DNA from: Octopus bimaculoides
Taxonomy: Eukaryota
Length of the DNA stretch: 64,000 nt
Assembly: GCF_001194135.2 (NCBI RefSeq)
Contig: NC_068993.1
Coordinates: 16,979,548-17,043,547, forward strand
Direction: 5' to 3'
The translations under genes were made by a program, and so were the position numbers. Below the pieces are notes generated by a model. The model was not told where the DNA came from, did no database searches, and saw only the letters and a program-made list of their open reading frames with translations. The first letter of the stretch is position 1. Every line of letters starts with the position of its first letter. Below are positions 24,948 to 37,090 of this stretch, in pieces.

Positions 24948-25139
24948 ATAGATCGCTGACCACTACATTTATATATTTTTTCTCCTTGTTTCTCTCCTTA
25001 TTTCTTTCTGTGTTCCTTTCAGTTGAAGAGCGTAGGCTCGAAACGTCAAGGACTTTCTCTGTTCCCGAACGTTAAACTAATACATCCATTTGTTGTTTAC
25101 ACCACCTGTCTTCGTCTGTTGTTTTTTTCGTAAATTCTC

Positions 25140-25141
<2 letters not shown>
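24948..25141 (+). mobile_element. Penelope-type terminal repeat, copy 2 of an inverted pair
   Basis: Contains TTGAAGAGCGTAGGCTCGAAACGTC; flanked by (TA)n. Confidence 0.65.
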
Positions 25142-25187
<46 letters not shown>

Positions 25188-26819
25188 TTCGACGAGGAGA
25201 TTTAATACGCCCGAAACATAACCGCTGCTTTCACCTACCTGTTGGTTTTAAAAGCCAGATCAATTCCCATACTGCCTTTCCCTTATTTTGCAAAGCTTTC
25301 AATTATTTGATTGTATTGGAACGATTTCTTTTGCTGGATGTTTTTAGGTTTTTAAGGCATCGCTAGAGTGAGTTTTTATCTACTAAATGCATGGTTAATC
25401 TTGGTTAATCGGGGAGCTTTCAACTCAGTGCATTGCAATATACGTGAGATCCAACCATAAAATGTAAGTTAATATCTCGACCATCTGTCACTCCAACTCC
25501 GCCCGTTAAGAATAATATTCAGTCAGTCCACTTTATTTGTATTCTGATTTTTACCATCCTTTTCCCGTTTGGTTTGTCTTGACATCACCACTATCGTCTC
25601 CAAATGTTTCTTCTGTACATTTATATATTTTGTAAACTTTGGTTTGTTCTTTTTCCCTCCCTCTACCCCCTTCCTGATACAGTTTATGTTTTTATCAGTC
25701 CACTTGCTTGAACCGGTTCGCCTCCCTGAATTAACACTAATTCACTAAAATAAAATAAAACAAAATAAAAGTTTATTTAACTTATTTCCGATTCTTCATT
25801 TGCCCTTCTTCCTTTTCTATCATCGTTATTTACTTCTATAATGTTTACTCTGAAGATCTGTGTGTGCGCCGGGGGGTGGGGAAGGATTGGTCAGTGATCA
25901 TAGCCGTTTTTTGACGCTCCCTGACTGTCTTTTAACTGGTTTCAGCCAAAGAATGAATTGTGGCCACCGTTTTAAAGGTTAGTCATATCGGCTCCGGTAT
26001 TTATTTCAGTCTGGTACTTCTTTTATCGATCATTCTTTGTCATGGGAGACACACCATAGACATCATTCTTATATAGGTATAAAGCAACACACACGTACAC
26101 ACGCATGCATATTATTTGTCCTTTATGTTCAGTAACGTTCATAAGTCTATTAATGTTTTGAAAAGCTTCACAGTCTCACCTTCTGGATAACGGGATATAT
26201 ATTAATGGCAAAATACAAACCTCAAGTCAATACAAATCTTGCTGCACACGTGAAATAGCTAGAAAAGTAAGTAGGAGGTAACCATTTGGAAATTGTATCA
26301 GTACTCTATTCCCATGCTCTCTTGGTGCCTACTACAAAACGCGGCAGCAACGCCTCATAATTAACTATTTCTTCTGGAAAATGTAACCGAGACTGCTTAG
26401 AAACGTTGGTGGACTTATGAACGTTATTGCTCAAAGGATTACCAATAAGGAAATATGGAAAAATTATTTAATAATACAAATATAAAGAAAGATAAAAACG
26501 AATGGACTCAAAAGTCTTGTCTTCGGCTTAGAACATGTTTGAAAGAAAACTCATTACTCACACACGATGGCCTTCTCTTCTGCACATTTTCTGTCTACCA
26601 AATTCTAATAAATAAGAGACACTTGCTTCAGATGCCGCTCAGTAGAATCGAACCCGGGAACATGCGGTTGTAAAGTTTAACCACACAGTTATGCCTACAC
26701 CAATATACGATATAGGAAGTTCGAACTTCTGTAAGTTGATGCTTGACGGCATAAACATATTAACCTGGAGAAAGAGTTCTAGATTTTGAGTACTTGTTAC
26801 CGGCATTTGTTTTACCCAG

Positions 26820-27085
26820 ATTCCTGGTTTTACAATTCCAGGTAGCTGCAGTTTCTGGGACTCAGCGCTTATATAGTGCAGGTATTTTGCAACTAAGGTA
26901 AGCCTTGAGGCTTGTTCAATTCTCTTTTTTTTTTTCTCTTTCGCTCTCTTCATTGTCACACACAAACACGCAGAATATCATCGGAGGGCGGGACGGGTTT
27001 ATACATTTCTGTCGAGCTTTTATCCCACAGTGCGAATGCTCGCCTTTTCTGGTATCCAACGAAATTTCCAGGCCCCAGTACGATG
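26820..27085 (+). other. Candidate exon pair 26820-26897 and 26974-~27085 separated by a 76-nt intron
   Basis: Acceptor atttgttttacccag|, donor AAG|gtaagc, long polypyrimidine tract then cacgcag|; joined frame FLVLQFQVAAVSGTQRLYSAGILQLRISSEGGTGLYISVELL is open; right end uncertain. Confidence 0.35.
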
Positions 27086-29249
27086 TATATGTACCCTACA
27101 CTGTCCATTTCATAGGGGTTCTGTATATGTGTATGTATATATATATTATATATACAGAGAGAGAAAAATAGATTGTTTTTGTTCGTGTTATGGAACAAAA
27201 ACGTACACGTGTTCAATAGAGCTTAATATGTCGGAAGTGTTGTAAAACCTTATATACGTTGATTTATGTGAGGAGAGAGAGAGAAGAAAGGTTTAGGAGA
27301 ATCAGGTAATGTTCTCGACTAAAAAGCTCCAGAATATTAGTGGCGAACCTAAGGGGGAGGGGTCCTGAGGGGCACTGCCCTCCCTCAAGAAAAGACGTGC
27401 GCTCTTCTAAATAATGTTATTACGCCATTTTCTCCTAGAATTGTATTCCCTTCTTGCCCACTCTTCGAAAAATTCCTGGGATCGTGCCTGAATGTTGCAC
27501 TTCAGCATATATATCTATAATCCAATGACTGGAACTTGTGATAGAAAGAATTTGCTATCACCTGGCAAGTAATAAACACGAAGATCAAGTCCTGATAATG
27601 AATCCGATTTTTTTTTTTTTCTTAAATTAATATTTATATAGGTTAATGAACAAAATCGTTTCTATCAACATGTTGTTGCCATCTACTTTGTTTAGACGAA
27701 GTGCTCCTATAGTCATCGATACCTCGGCGAAATTTGAACACAGAACGTGAAGAGACGGAGTAAAAATCACAAGACATCTCGTTCTATGCTTTAAAGGGTT
27801 CTGTTAATTTAGCGCCCTGAACTTTTACGGCTCCAGGTAATGTTTCGTAAGAGGCTTGACTGAAAAAGAGAATGAATGATGTCGTCCCCATCATACCGAC
27901 ACTCTGGAGACTAATATCGAAGGATCGCGTGGCTCCGAAACGATAAAAGGCGAAGTTGGCCTCTGTGAGATTTGAAATCTGTGCTTGGAGGGTCATAACG
28001 AGTGCACACACACACACACACACACACACACTTGATATCCTGTTTTTCAAAACAGTACTTTATGCAGTGAATCATTCCTGCATGTTTGTAGTGAACCCAT
28101 CCTTGATATATAATACGCGCTTTGCTGTGCGTATGTGTACTTTCGGTTTTGTGTACATTTAACATCTACTATATAACTACATCCACAATAACATCCCTCT
28201 AATTACCGTTCATCCGTTCCGAAACTAACTACCGATTGTGTACGAGTTACCAACGAAGATCTCTATACAGTCTTTCAGCTCGTTAGAAACAACAGCTAAT
28301 TCTCCCTCACTTGTCCGGTAGAAGAACAAATATTGGATTACAGTATCGTAGTTTTGCAGGGAGTTAGGGAAACATGATAGTCATGGTTTGAATGGTTTTG
28401 ATTGTTAGTTAGGTCTCTCTTTTCAGTTTCAACTAAATAACTAAACTAATGTGTTTGGCCGCCGGCACTAGTGACAACTAGTCTCTGATGTGACAGACGT
28501 ATGTTCTAAATTATTTCGACCGTAACCATTCTACCTTTTTATCGAGAACTACAGATGATGTGACAAGTGCGTTATTTTACTGTTATTTCTAGCAAGCCTA
28601 GTAAATTTAGAACTACGTTATATTTACTTTTCGTCTTTAAGATAGTAGAGCGTTATTTGAGGAAGTTTTGACTACTGTTTCTAGCCGGTCAAGTTACTAT
28701 GTAGAGGTGTCCTCATTTAGCGCATCCAGTCTACCATCAGTTATTTAACGATAGGTGAGCTCTGGAAAAGCAGATCTACGATCTAATATATTTCATTAGC
28801 CAGTGTCTCTGGGACTATTGTTAATCTAATGTGTCGTTATTTTATTTTATTGCATTTTAAGACGTTAAAGTCTGATTTGAGAGAGATTTAGCTATAATTT
28901 CTAACAGCAAGAACACATAAGATCGAGGTTCCCTCGTTGGCGCGGCTAACCACTATCAGTTTGACACAATGGTCAAAGTCTGAGCAGTTATTGGTAATTA
29001 ATACTTATTTTGTGGTCGAGGGGAATGGCTGGTGGTTGAGATAATCGATATTTTATACCATTTCTCTCTTCTTTTTCCTTCAATTTTTTTTTCTCTTTCT
29101 TTGTAAAGATTTTACTGAAAATCGAATCCTGTTAATGTTTAGTGTTGGTGGTGGTGATGATGGTGGTGGTGGTGGTTGTTATTGTTGAACTTGCTGCGAC
29201 AGTACAGATGCTAAAATTGGTTTTGTTTTCACTGTCCTTTTTCGTGTAC

Positions 29250-30240
29250 ATTCTTTGTTGTTATTCCTCCTTTGTCTTCTCGCCTTCCTCTTTCTCCCTC
29301 TTTTTCCCCTTCTTCGTTTTTCCCCGCCTTCATTCGCCCCACCCCCCTAATGTCCCTCGTTTTATTTCTGGTTTAGTTTAACGAAAAACCTGTTCAGTAC
29401 TGTCCAAATATTTTCTTTAATTTCATTACTTCTCATCATTTCATTCTTTATTTATTATTTTTTCTTCTTATTCTTTACTCTTTCGTCTTCCTTTTCTTGT
29501 TGTCTTACTGTCGTTCTTTAAAATTTTTATTTCTCTTATTCATGCTACCTATAATTTATGTATTCCTTCATTCAATTGCCTTTCTTCTGTTTTAAAAGGA
29601 AAAAAAAAAAATTCTTTTTCTTTCACACTTTTCAGCCTTTCTAATCTTGTCTCACTTATTCTTGTCTTTCGTCTTTTGTTGTTCTTATTTCTTCACTCTT
29701 TCAACACACACACACACACTCTCTCTCTTTCTCTCTTATTTTATCGGAGTTTTTTCCTTCCTTTGTCTTTTCCACACATTCATTCTCTCTGTTATTCCAT
29801 TGTTCTCTTCTCCTCATGTAGTGACAACGGTATGACACCTTTTCAATTCTTCGCGCATTTCCATTCTATTCTTCCTCTCTTATTTCATTTATTTTACGTG
29901 CACTCCTCAACCACTTCTCTTCCGTCTCTGTCTCTCTCTATTAATTTTTTTTCTTACTTCTCTCTTTTTCGACATTAAAAAAATCTCTTTCATATTCGTT
30001 CTCCTCTTTCCTTCCATTTAACCCGTATTTCCCCTCATTCTTTTTCATTTATCCATTCTATATTTCTACTTTAATTTCTTTATTCCCTTTTATATTACCA
30101 TTTCCTTCTTTCGATTGACTTGTTTCTTTCTCGTTCTTTTTCATTTCCTATTTCACCTCCTTCCTTCCTTTCTTTCTCTCTTCCTTCCTCTGTTTACTCA
30201 TTCTGCAGTTTGTTTTTTGCATTTTCCTTTACTCTATATT
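29250..30240 (+). repeat. ~1-kb pyrimidine-rich tract
   Basis: Plus strand strongly T/C-rich, without a fixed period. Confidence 0.85.
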
Positions 30241-30433
30241 TTTTCCGTGGCCGTGTGGTTTGTTTCGCAATTACGTTGTCCCTAGGGTTTATGAGAGGAG
30301 AATGCAAGGGATATATGATATCCGAACCCAGGAAATTTATTGGGATCTCAGGAAACGTTTGTATATATTAAAAACTAGCATTCACAGAAGGGGTGGGAGC
30401 TTGAAAGAAACCTTATATTCCTTGAAATCATGA

Positions 30434-31293
30434 GGGTGGCAGATGGCAGAATTGGAAGAATGACATTTATATCTTCTTAAATTCTGAGTTCAAATCCTAT
30501 GGAGGTCAACTTTGCTTTTCTATCTTCTTGGATTGATAAATAAAACAAAGTACCAGTTGAGAGTATTGGGTTGAAATAATTGGATCCCTGCCCCAATATG
30601 TGGCCTTGTGTTTATGTTACTAACAGAAAAAGTATGTAAGTAGTAAAGAGTGATGGATAAGCAGAATTGTTAGTATTGGGCCAAATAGCATGCAGTGTGT
30701 GTTAAGTTACAGCCCTTTACATTTTGAATTCATGTGCTTGAGGTCGACTTTGCCTTTCATCTTTTCAGGATCAATAAAATAAAGTACCAGTCAAGTACTG
30801 GGGGTCAATGTATGTAACTAGCACCCCTTAACTTGAATTTGCTTCATATCATAATTTGAAACCATTATTATTAAGGTGGCGAGCTGGCAGAATTGTTAGC
30901 ATGCTGGGCAAAATGCTTAGCTGGCTTTTTGTCTGTCTTTACATTCCAAGTTCAAATTCCATCAAGGTTGACTTTGCCTTTCATCCATTCAGAAACAAAT
31001 GAATACCAGTTGAGCAGTCTATCCCCACCAAATCCTTTGTACTTCATAAAGAAATCAGTGTTATTATTGTTGTTGAGGCGGTGAGCTGGCAGAATAGTTT
31101 GTTAGCACACCAGGCAGAAGGCTTAGTGGCATTTCGTATGTCTTTACATTCTGAATTCAAATGCCACCAGAGTTAACTTTGCCTTTGAGGTTGATAAAAT
31201 AAAGTACTAGTCATGTACATAGGTTGATAGTATTAACTCAATCTTCCTCTGATTTCAAAATTGCTGGCCTTGTACCTAAATTATAAGCCATTA
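30434..31293 (+). mobile_element. Head-to-tail array of four SINE family B copies
   Basis: Heads at ~30434, 30648, 30873, 31075; later heads directly follow a ...CCATTATTATT or (TTG)n tail. Confidence 0.8.
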
Positions 31294-31500
31294 TTTTTAC
31301 CCTGCACATGTAAACGAAAGCAGGGTATTGTAATCACTCGTCTTTGTCTGTGCGTTTGCAAAATTACTGGAAAACGCACGAATGGATTTTCACCAAATTT
31401 GGCAGAAATACTCATTGGGTGAGTGACTAGAAATGGTGAAAACATGGCAGAAATACTCATTGGATGAGTGGCTTGAAATGATGAAAATTTGGTTTGCTTA
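31294..31500 (+). mobile_element. DINE-1/HINE-like (Helentron-associated) element 5' end
   Basis: TTTTTACCCTGC...GCAGGGTATTG: inverted repeat TACCCTGC/GCAGGGTA (31298-31305, 31320-31327), then GTCTTTGTCTGTGCG and ATGGATTTTCACCAAATTT; internal 45-bp tandem duplication. Confidence 0.55.
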
Positions 31501-31809
31501 TCTTCAAACATACATAAATACATACATAGATATGCAACTGTATGTGTGTGTTTGTACAGTGATGGATTCAACTCTGTGTGTGTGTATGCGTGTGTGTGTG
31601 TGTGTGTGTGTGTGCAGAGTGATGGATTTGAGGGTTTTGTTTATTTACGAGTTGATTTCTTAATTTCACCATTCTTAGGCTTCTAATCCGCTTTTAGTCA
31701 AACTTTCACAAAGCTTAATTCAGTTAAATAAAATATAGTACCAGTCAAATACTGAGATTGATATTATTGACTAATTGACCACAAGGCCATACCTGTGTAT
31801 ATATCAGGC

Positions 31810-32230
31810 ACAGGTATGGCCTTGTGGTTGAGAATCTTACTTCCCAACCATGTGGTCTTCAGTTCAGTTCTACTCCAATGACACCTACTATTACCCCTAG
31901 ATGTTCAAATCTTTGTGAGTGGATTTAGTTGATGAAAACTGAAAGAAATCTATCATATATGTGTGTGTTTGTGTGTACCCTTTTCTAGCCATCATGCGAT
32001 AGTTGTAAGTATTACTGTCATACAAGTGAACTTGTACATTTCCAGTCTTCCATTAAGAATATGTCTAGCTATGGGGGAAAAATATTACCTGGCTTGAAAA
32101 CAGGTGAAGGTTGGCAGCAGAATGGGTATTTGACTATAAAAAAAATTTGCCTCAACAAAATCTTTCTGACCCATGCAAGCCTGGTAAAGTGGACGTTAAA
32201 TGATGATGATGATGGTGGTGATGATGATGA
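31810..32230 (+). mobile_element. SINE family A, (GAT)n-tailed variant
   Basis: Family A head; 3' part ends ...GTGGACGTTAAATGATGATGAT. Confidence 0.75.
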
Positions 32231-33101
32231 TGACGTTATCATTTACTCCTTACTTTCACACATTCTCTTACTTTACTTTATCTCACTATCAGTTACATTC
32301 TCACAGTCGTCTTCTCTTTCCTCCTCATTACCTCTCTGATTTTCACACTCATTTATTCTCTTTCTCTCTCTCTCTCTCTCCCTTTTTTTCTCTCTGCTTT
32401 ACTTTCTTCCTCTTTATTCATGTTTTCTAAATTTCTCACTACTATTGCATCATGTCCCAAGTGCCCACCTGCAAAATTTTTGAAACAATGCAACACACGT
32501 ATTCATCCACAGAGAAATATATTCATAAGCATTCTATGTTTATATATATATATTCATCCATATGTATTCATACAAATATAACCACATAACCAGAACATTT
32601 ACATACTCGCTTATTAGAGTTGTACTTGTTTGGCAAGTGACTTGATCTGAGATTGCAGCGTGAAACAATTACATCAGTTCTTGATAGAAATATATATCCT
32701 GACTCTTCTGTGATATTGCTTTGTGTGTGTGTGTGTAATTTAGTAGTTAATGATTCCTGCAGCCATTGCTCAGAGTTCTAGAAGGACTAAATCATTTGAA
32801 AGATTATACACTTGTGAGCAAGTCTGTAAATCTCTAAGCAATGGCAGTAGAAGTCATTAATTGCTAATTTACCAAATATATACTCTTACTCTACATGACA
32901 TATTGAGTACTCTTTTCTTTGTGCACTTGTATGTATGTATATATGTGTGGGTATATATATATATAGGAGCAGGTGCTGCTGTGGAGAACCAACCTGGGTT
33001 CAGTTTCACTTTACAGTACGTCAATTGTCTTCTACTATAGCATCAGGCCAGTCAAAGCCTTGTGAGTGAATTTTATTGAGAGGAACTGAGCAAAGCCTGT
33101 C

Positions 33102-33142
<41 letters not shown>

Positions 33143-34259
33143 TGTACACTTTCTAGATATCATGTGATGGTTTTTTTATGAGCATCCACATCATAGAAAC
33201 AAGACTGTTCATTTTCAGGTGAGTTCAAATTCTGCCGAGGTCAACTNNNNNNNNNNNNNNNNNNNNNNNNNNNNNNNNNNNNNNNNNNNNNNNNNNNNNN
33301 NNNNNNNNNNNNNNNNNNNNNNNNNNNNNNNNNNNNNNNNNNNNNNNNNNNNNNNNNNNNNNNNNNNNNNNNNNNNNNNNNNNNNNNNNNNNNNNNNNNN
33401 NNNNNNNNNNNNNNNNNNNNNNNNNNNNNNNNNNNNNNNNNNNNNNNNNNNNNNNNNNNNNNNNNNNNNNNNNNNNNNNNNNNNNNNNNNNNNNNNNNNN
33501 NNNNNNNNNNNNNNNNNNNNNNNNNNNNNNNNNNNNNNNNNNNNNNNNNNNNNNNNNNNNNNNNNNNNNNNNNNNNNNNNNNNNNNNNNNNNNNNNNNNN
33601 NNNNNNNNNNNNNNNNNNNNNNNNNNNNNNNNNNNNNNNNNNNNNNNNNNNNNNNNNNNNNNNNNNNATATATATATATATATACACACACACATACATA
33701 CATACATGCATACATATGACAGGCTTCTTTCAGTTTCCATCTACAAAATCACTCACAAGGCTTTGGCCAACCTGAAGCTGTAGCAGAAGACACTTGTGCA
33801 AAGTGCCACGCAGTGGGATTGAACCCCAAACCAGTTAGGGAGCAAGCTTCTTACCGCACAGCCATGCTTGCATCTATATGTATATCATCATTTCCCAGCA
33901 ACACCATTTCCATTGTCAGATGTCAGACAAGACAACCTAAGACACTCGATTTTACACTTCTCACAGTAATTGAACACATTCAAATTTATCGATCAATTGT
34001 TGATGACATAGATTGTGCTAGTTTCTGCAGATTTTGAATTTCCCCTTTGGTGATCATGAACACTAGCAAAGGGGAATCAGTGTATGTTTGTGAATAGCTG
34101 TATGTGCATATATCTATGAATGTATTTATTCGTTCATATGTGTTTTTGTGTACTTGTATGTGTTGTTGTGTATGTAAATACACATACAGATGTTTATATA
34201 TATGTTTGGACTAAGGCATCTACTTGTGCATGTGTTTATAGGTTTATATGTTGTGTGCA

Positions 34260-34306
<47 letters not shown>

Positions 34307-34316
34307 NNNNNNNNNN

Positions 34317-34355
<39 letters not shown>

Positions 34356-34790
34356 CATATGCAGATCTGTCAATTTGAAGCCCTCCTTCATCTTCCCTCC
34401 ATGTGTTCAAACAGATAATAAAATTTCTGATTAAAATCTAAATGTTAAGGATCTTAAGTCCCGATGCCTCATGCTGCTTCTATCAAAGATCTTTGGAAGT
34501 GCAGGATATATTGGAACTTTTTCAGCCATACTCTTCATCTAAATCATAACCATTATCATGAACCCTGTTGAATTTCCTGTGCTCTGTTCAATTTCGATGC
34601 AAACCTTAGCTCACTATATGTTACCCCAAGTCCTTTTGAGTTCTTTGAAGTTCAATTGTCATATTAATCCTGTTTAATTAGTTCTCTTCCCATCTTTTGT
34701 TAAAGAATTATGTTCTGCTTTTGATGCGTCATTGACATTGTAGCGTAAGTGTAAAGTGGAATGCTGTTACTGGCCAATTATCTATAACTA

Positions 34791-34830
<40 letters not shown>

Positions 34831-34918
34831 NNNNNNNNNNNNNNNNNNNNNNNNNNNNNNNNNNNNNNNNNNNNNNNNNNNNNNNNNNNNNNNNNNNNNN
34901 NNNNNNNNNNNNNNNNNN

Positions 34919-34970
<52 letters not shown>

Positions 34971-35649
34971 TAGACACACACACATGCACTATTCCAATTT
35001 CCATTGTTCAGTAGTTGACAAATAAAATGGTAGAAACACCTGTGCCAGAAATGTATAGAAATCTTTTGAATTTGTACAATTAGACAACGCCATCAGAAAA
35101 CTTGGAAAATGCTTAAAAAGCAAAAAAAAAAAAATGCGAAAGAAAATGAAGGAATTGAAATACATCCAAAGAATCGCTCATTTTCCAGCGTATCTTTTCA
35201 TTAGTATTTTTCCTGTTGGAATGGCTGAGATAGTTGACACTTCTCGTTCACAATGTCTCTTTCACATTTGGGAAGGTGGTGGGGAAAAAAACTGAAAAAT
35301 GAAAAGGTAAAAAAAATAAAATTTTCTGTTTTTAGTCTTGAAACCTCCAAATGCAATTATAGAGGAAAGAGGAATGTGATGCAAGTAAATTTAAAAATCT
35401 ATTGTTTGGTAATGCTGACAGTGTGCTAATAAATACAGTGCAGATCTCTTCCAATGTAATTACAAATCTTTCTTACCCTGTGCTTTTCTACTTTTCTCCT
35501 GATTTACTATCTCTCCATTCAAGACAATGTAGGTGCCTACATTTATGCTAGCAATGGCAGCAAAATCTTCCTCAAATCATACCTTATTTTCTTGTTTTTT
35601 AAAAAAGAACACCATTTGATAATGTAGTTAGACTATTGTCCAGTGGTGG

Positions 35650-35920
35650 TCTGCCCTTGGACAGGTCCTATGCATATGTACCTTCTCCAGCACTCTCTAT
35701 ATGACCTGGGAAGGCCTGAACCATCCCTTGCCGCTGCTAAGTAGATTACTGGAACTTTGGCAACCATAACTAGACTTAGGATGACTACTGAAGTTGTTCC
35801 CTGTTGCCTTCTCCAGGCAGGTGGGATTCCAACTCAGAACATAGAGAGCTGAAAGATATATCATAAAGCACTTCTGCTGACCCACCAACAATTCTGCAAC
35901 TCTCCTACCTGCAGGGCAAC
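35650..35920 (-). mobile_element. SINE with family-B-like head and RTE/BovB-5'UTR-like body
   Basis: Minus strand GAGAGTTGCAGAATTGTTGG...GTTCTGAGTTGGAATCCC then GGAGAAGGCAACAGGGAACAACTTCAGTAGTC, similar to RTE 5' UTR motifs. Confidence 0.4.
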
Positions 35921-36121
35921 ATGAAATGAAGTATTTTGCTCAATAACAAAACACACTGCCCAGTCCCAAATTAAACTCATGACCTCATAATTGTGAAAGT
36001 AACACTCTAACCTGGAGAAGAAAAGAAGGGGAGATGGATGTTCACAACTGGAGTGTTTTTTGGTTTTATAGATGTTTTTTAATCATATCTAACCTTGGGT
36101 TAAACTACTGTTGCTTATGAG

Positions 36122-36446
36122 CAGTGGTTCTCAAGCAGAGTCCATATGACCACTTGGATGCCATGTGAGATTTTTGGGGGTCCATGCAAGCAAAATAGTG
36201 AATTAGGGATGTACAGTAGTATATTTAAGGTTCCATGAATGTATTTGTTGGAAAAAGTCAGCTCGGTTCTTTCTCTGATGTTTTACATAATTCAACCTAC
36301 ACAAGTTAATGTATGAAGAACAAAATAGGTGTTTTGAAAGCAGGATCTATGAAATTAGTTTTTGATCTTTGAATGATGATGGGGATCCACCAGAATAAAA
36401 TAGTAATCAAAGGGGTCCATAGGCCAAAAATGGTTGAGGACCACTG
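36122..36446. mobile_element. hAT-type (Charlie-like) MITE
   Basis: TIR CAGTGGTTCTCAA / TTGAGGACCACTG; exact 8-bp TSD CTTATGAG (36114-36121, 36447-36454). Confidence 0.9.
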
Positions 36447-36744
36447 CTTATGAGGTAGGAGCTTTAAGGGTTAAAAACGTAGTGAGGGACACAAAAGCTA
36501 AGCTTCATAAAAATAGATGATTTTAAACTTTTAAAACTTGTCCAACACCATGGTGAAGAGTGAAGAATTGTAAAGATACAAACTGTATTTTGTCTTCTCA
36601 TTAATTAAGAGAAGGGGAAAGGAAGCAATAACAGTAACAACAATCAACTTTTCTCACTTTATTCCTTGCACTAGTTAGAAAAAGCGTGTGCCTCTTATAA
36701 ATTACACTTGATTTTCATTGCTATGCAGCTCAGTAACCTACAAA

Positions 36745-37090
36745 CTAGGTTCAGTTGTGATGCTTGCTTGTTTGTTTCATGCCCTTGCTTGATGAGGCTG
36801 GGGTCATCCCAGGTTAGTGGTCTCAGAGACATCATTATGTGTAGAGCCAATCATGTCCACGAGTGCTCTCCATCATTGGTGGCCCCATGCCAGCCCCTCT
36901 GCATCCTCCAAGGTGACATTGAGCCTCCGGAGATCTCCAATTATGTTCAGCCATTTGGTGCGGGGCTTGCCACAAGGCCTCTTCTAGTCTAAAGCTGTTG
37001 CGTGGAATAAGAGCAAAGCCCTGGTAGGATGATCTAGTGGAAGACTGAGGACATGTCCGTGCTAGTACATGTGATGGATGGCTATGCAGG
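36745..37090 (-). mobile_element. RTE-clade LINE 3' fragment, decayed
   Basis: HGHVLSLPLDHPTRALL...KRPCGKPRTKWLNIIGDLRRLNVTLEDAEGLA...WRALV with in-frame stops; (CAAG)-like tail. Confidence 0.75.

Noticed and set aside
26974-27000. IIGG motif suggesting a trypsin-like protease N-terminus
   Set aside because: No downstream PW/CGG or catalytic motifs, and the frame does not match the upstream exon.
27339-27490. Possible MITE with AGTGGCGAACC / GATCGTGCCTG ends
   Set aside because: TIR match is weak and there is no convincing TSD.
30434-31293. CRISPR-like or satellite array
   Set aside because: Units are ~200-bp diverged SINE monomers in a eukaryotic context; no short identical repeats with unique spacers and no cas genes.
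35221-35295. Similarity to minus-strand 7560-7625 (ATGGCTGAGATA ... GGTGG.GGAAAAAA)
   Set aside because: Only the two short ends match and the middle does not; treated as chance or an unresolvably old repeat.
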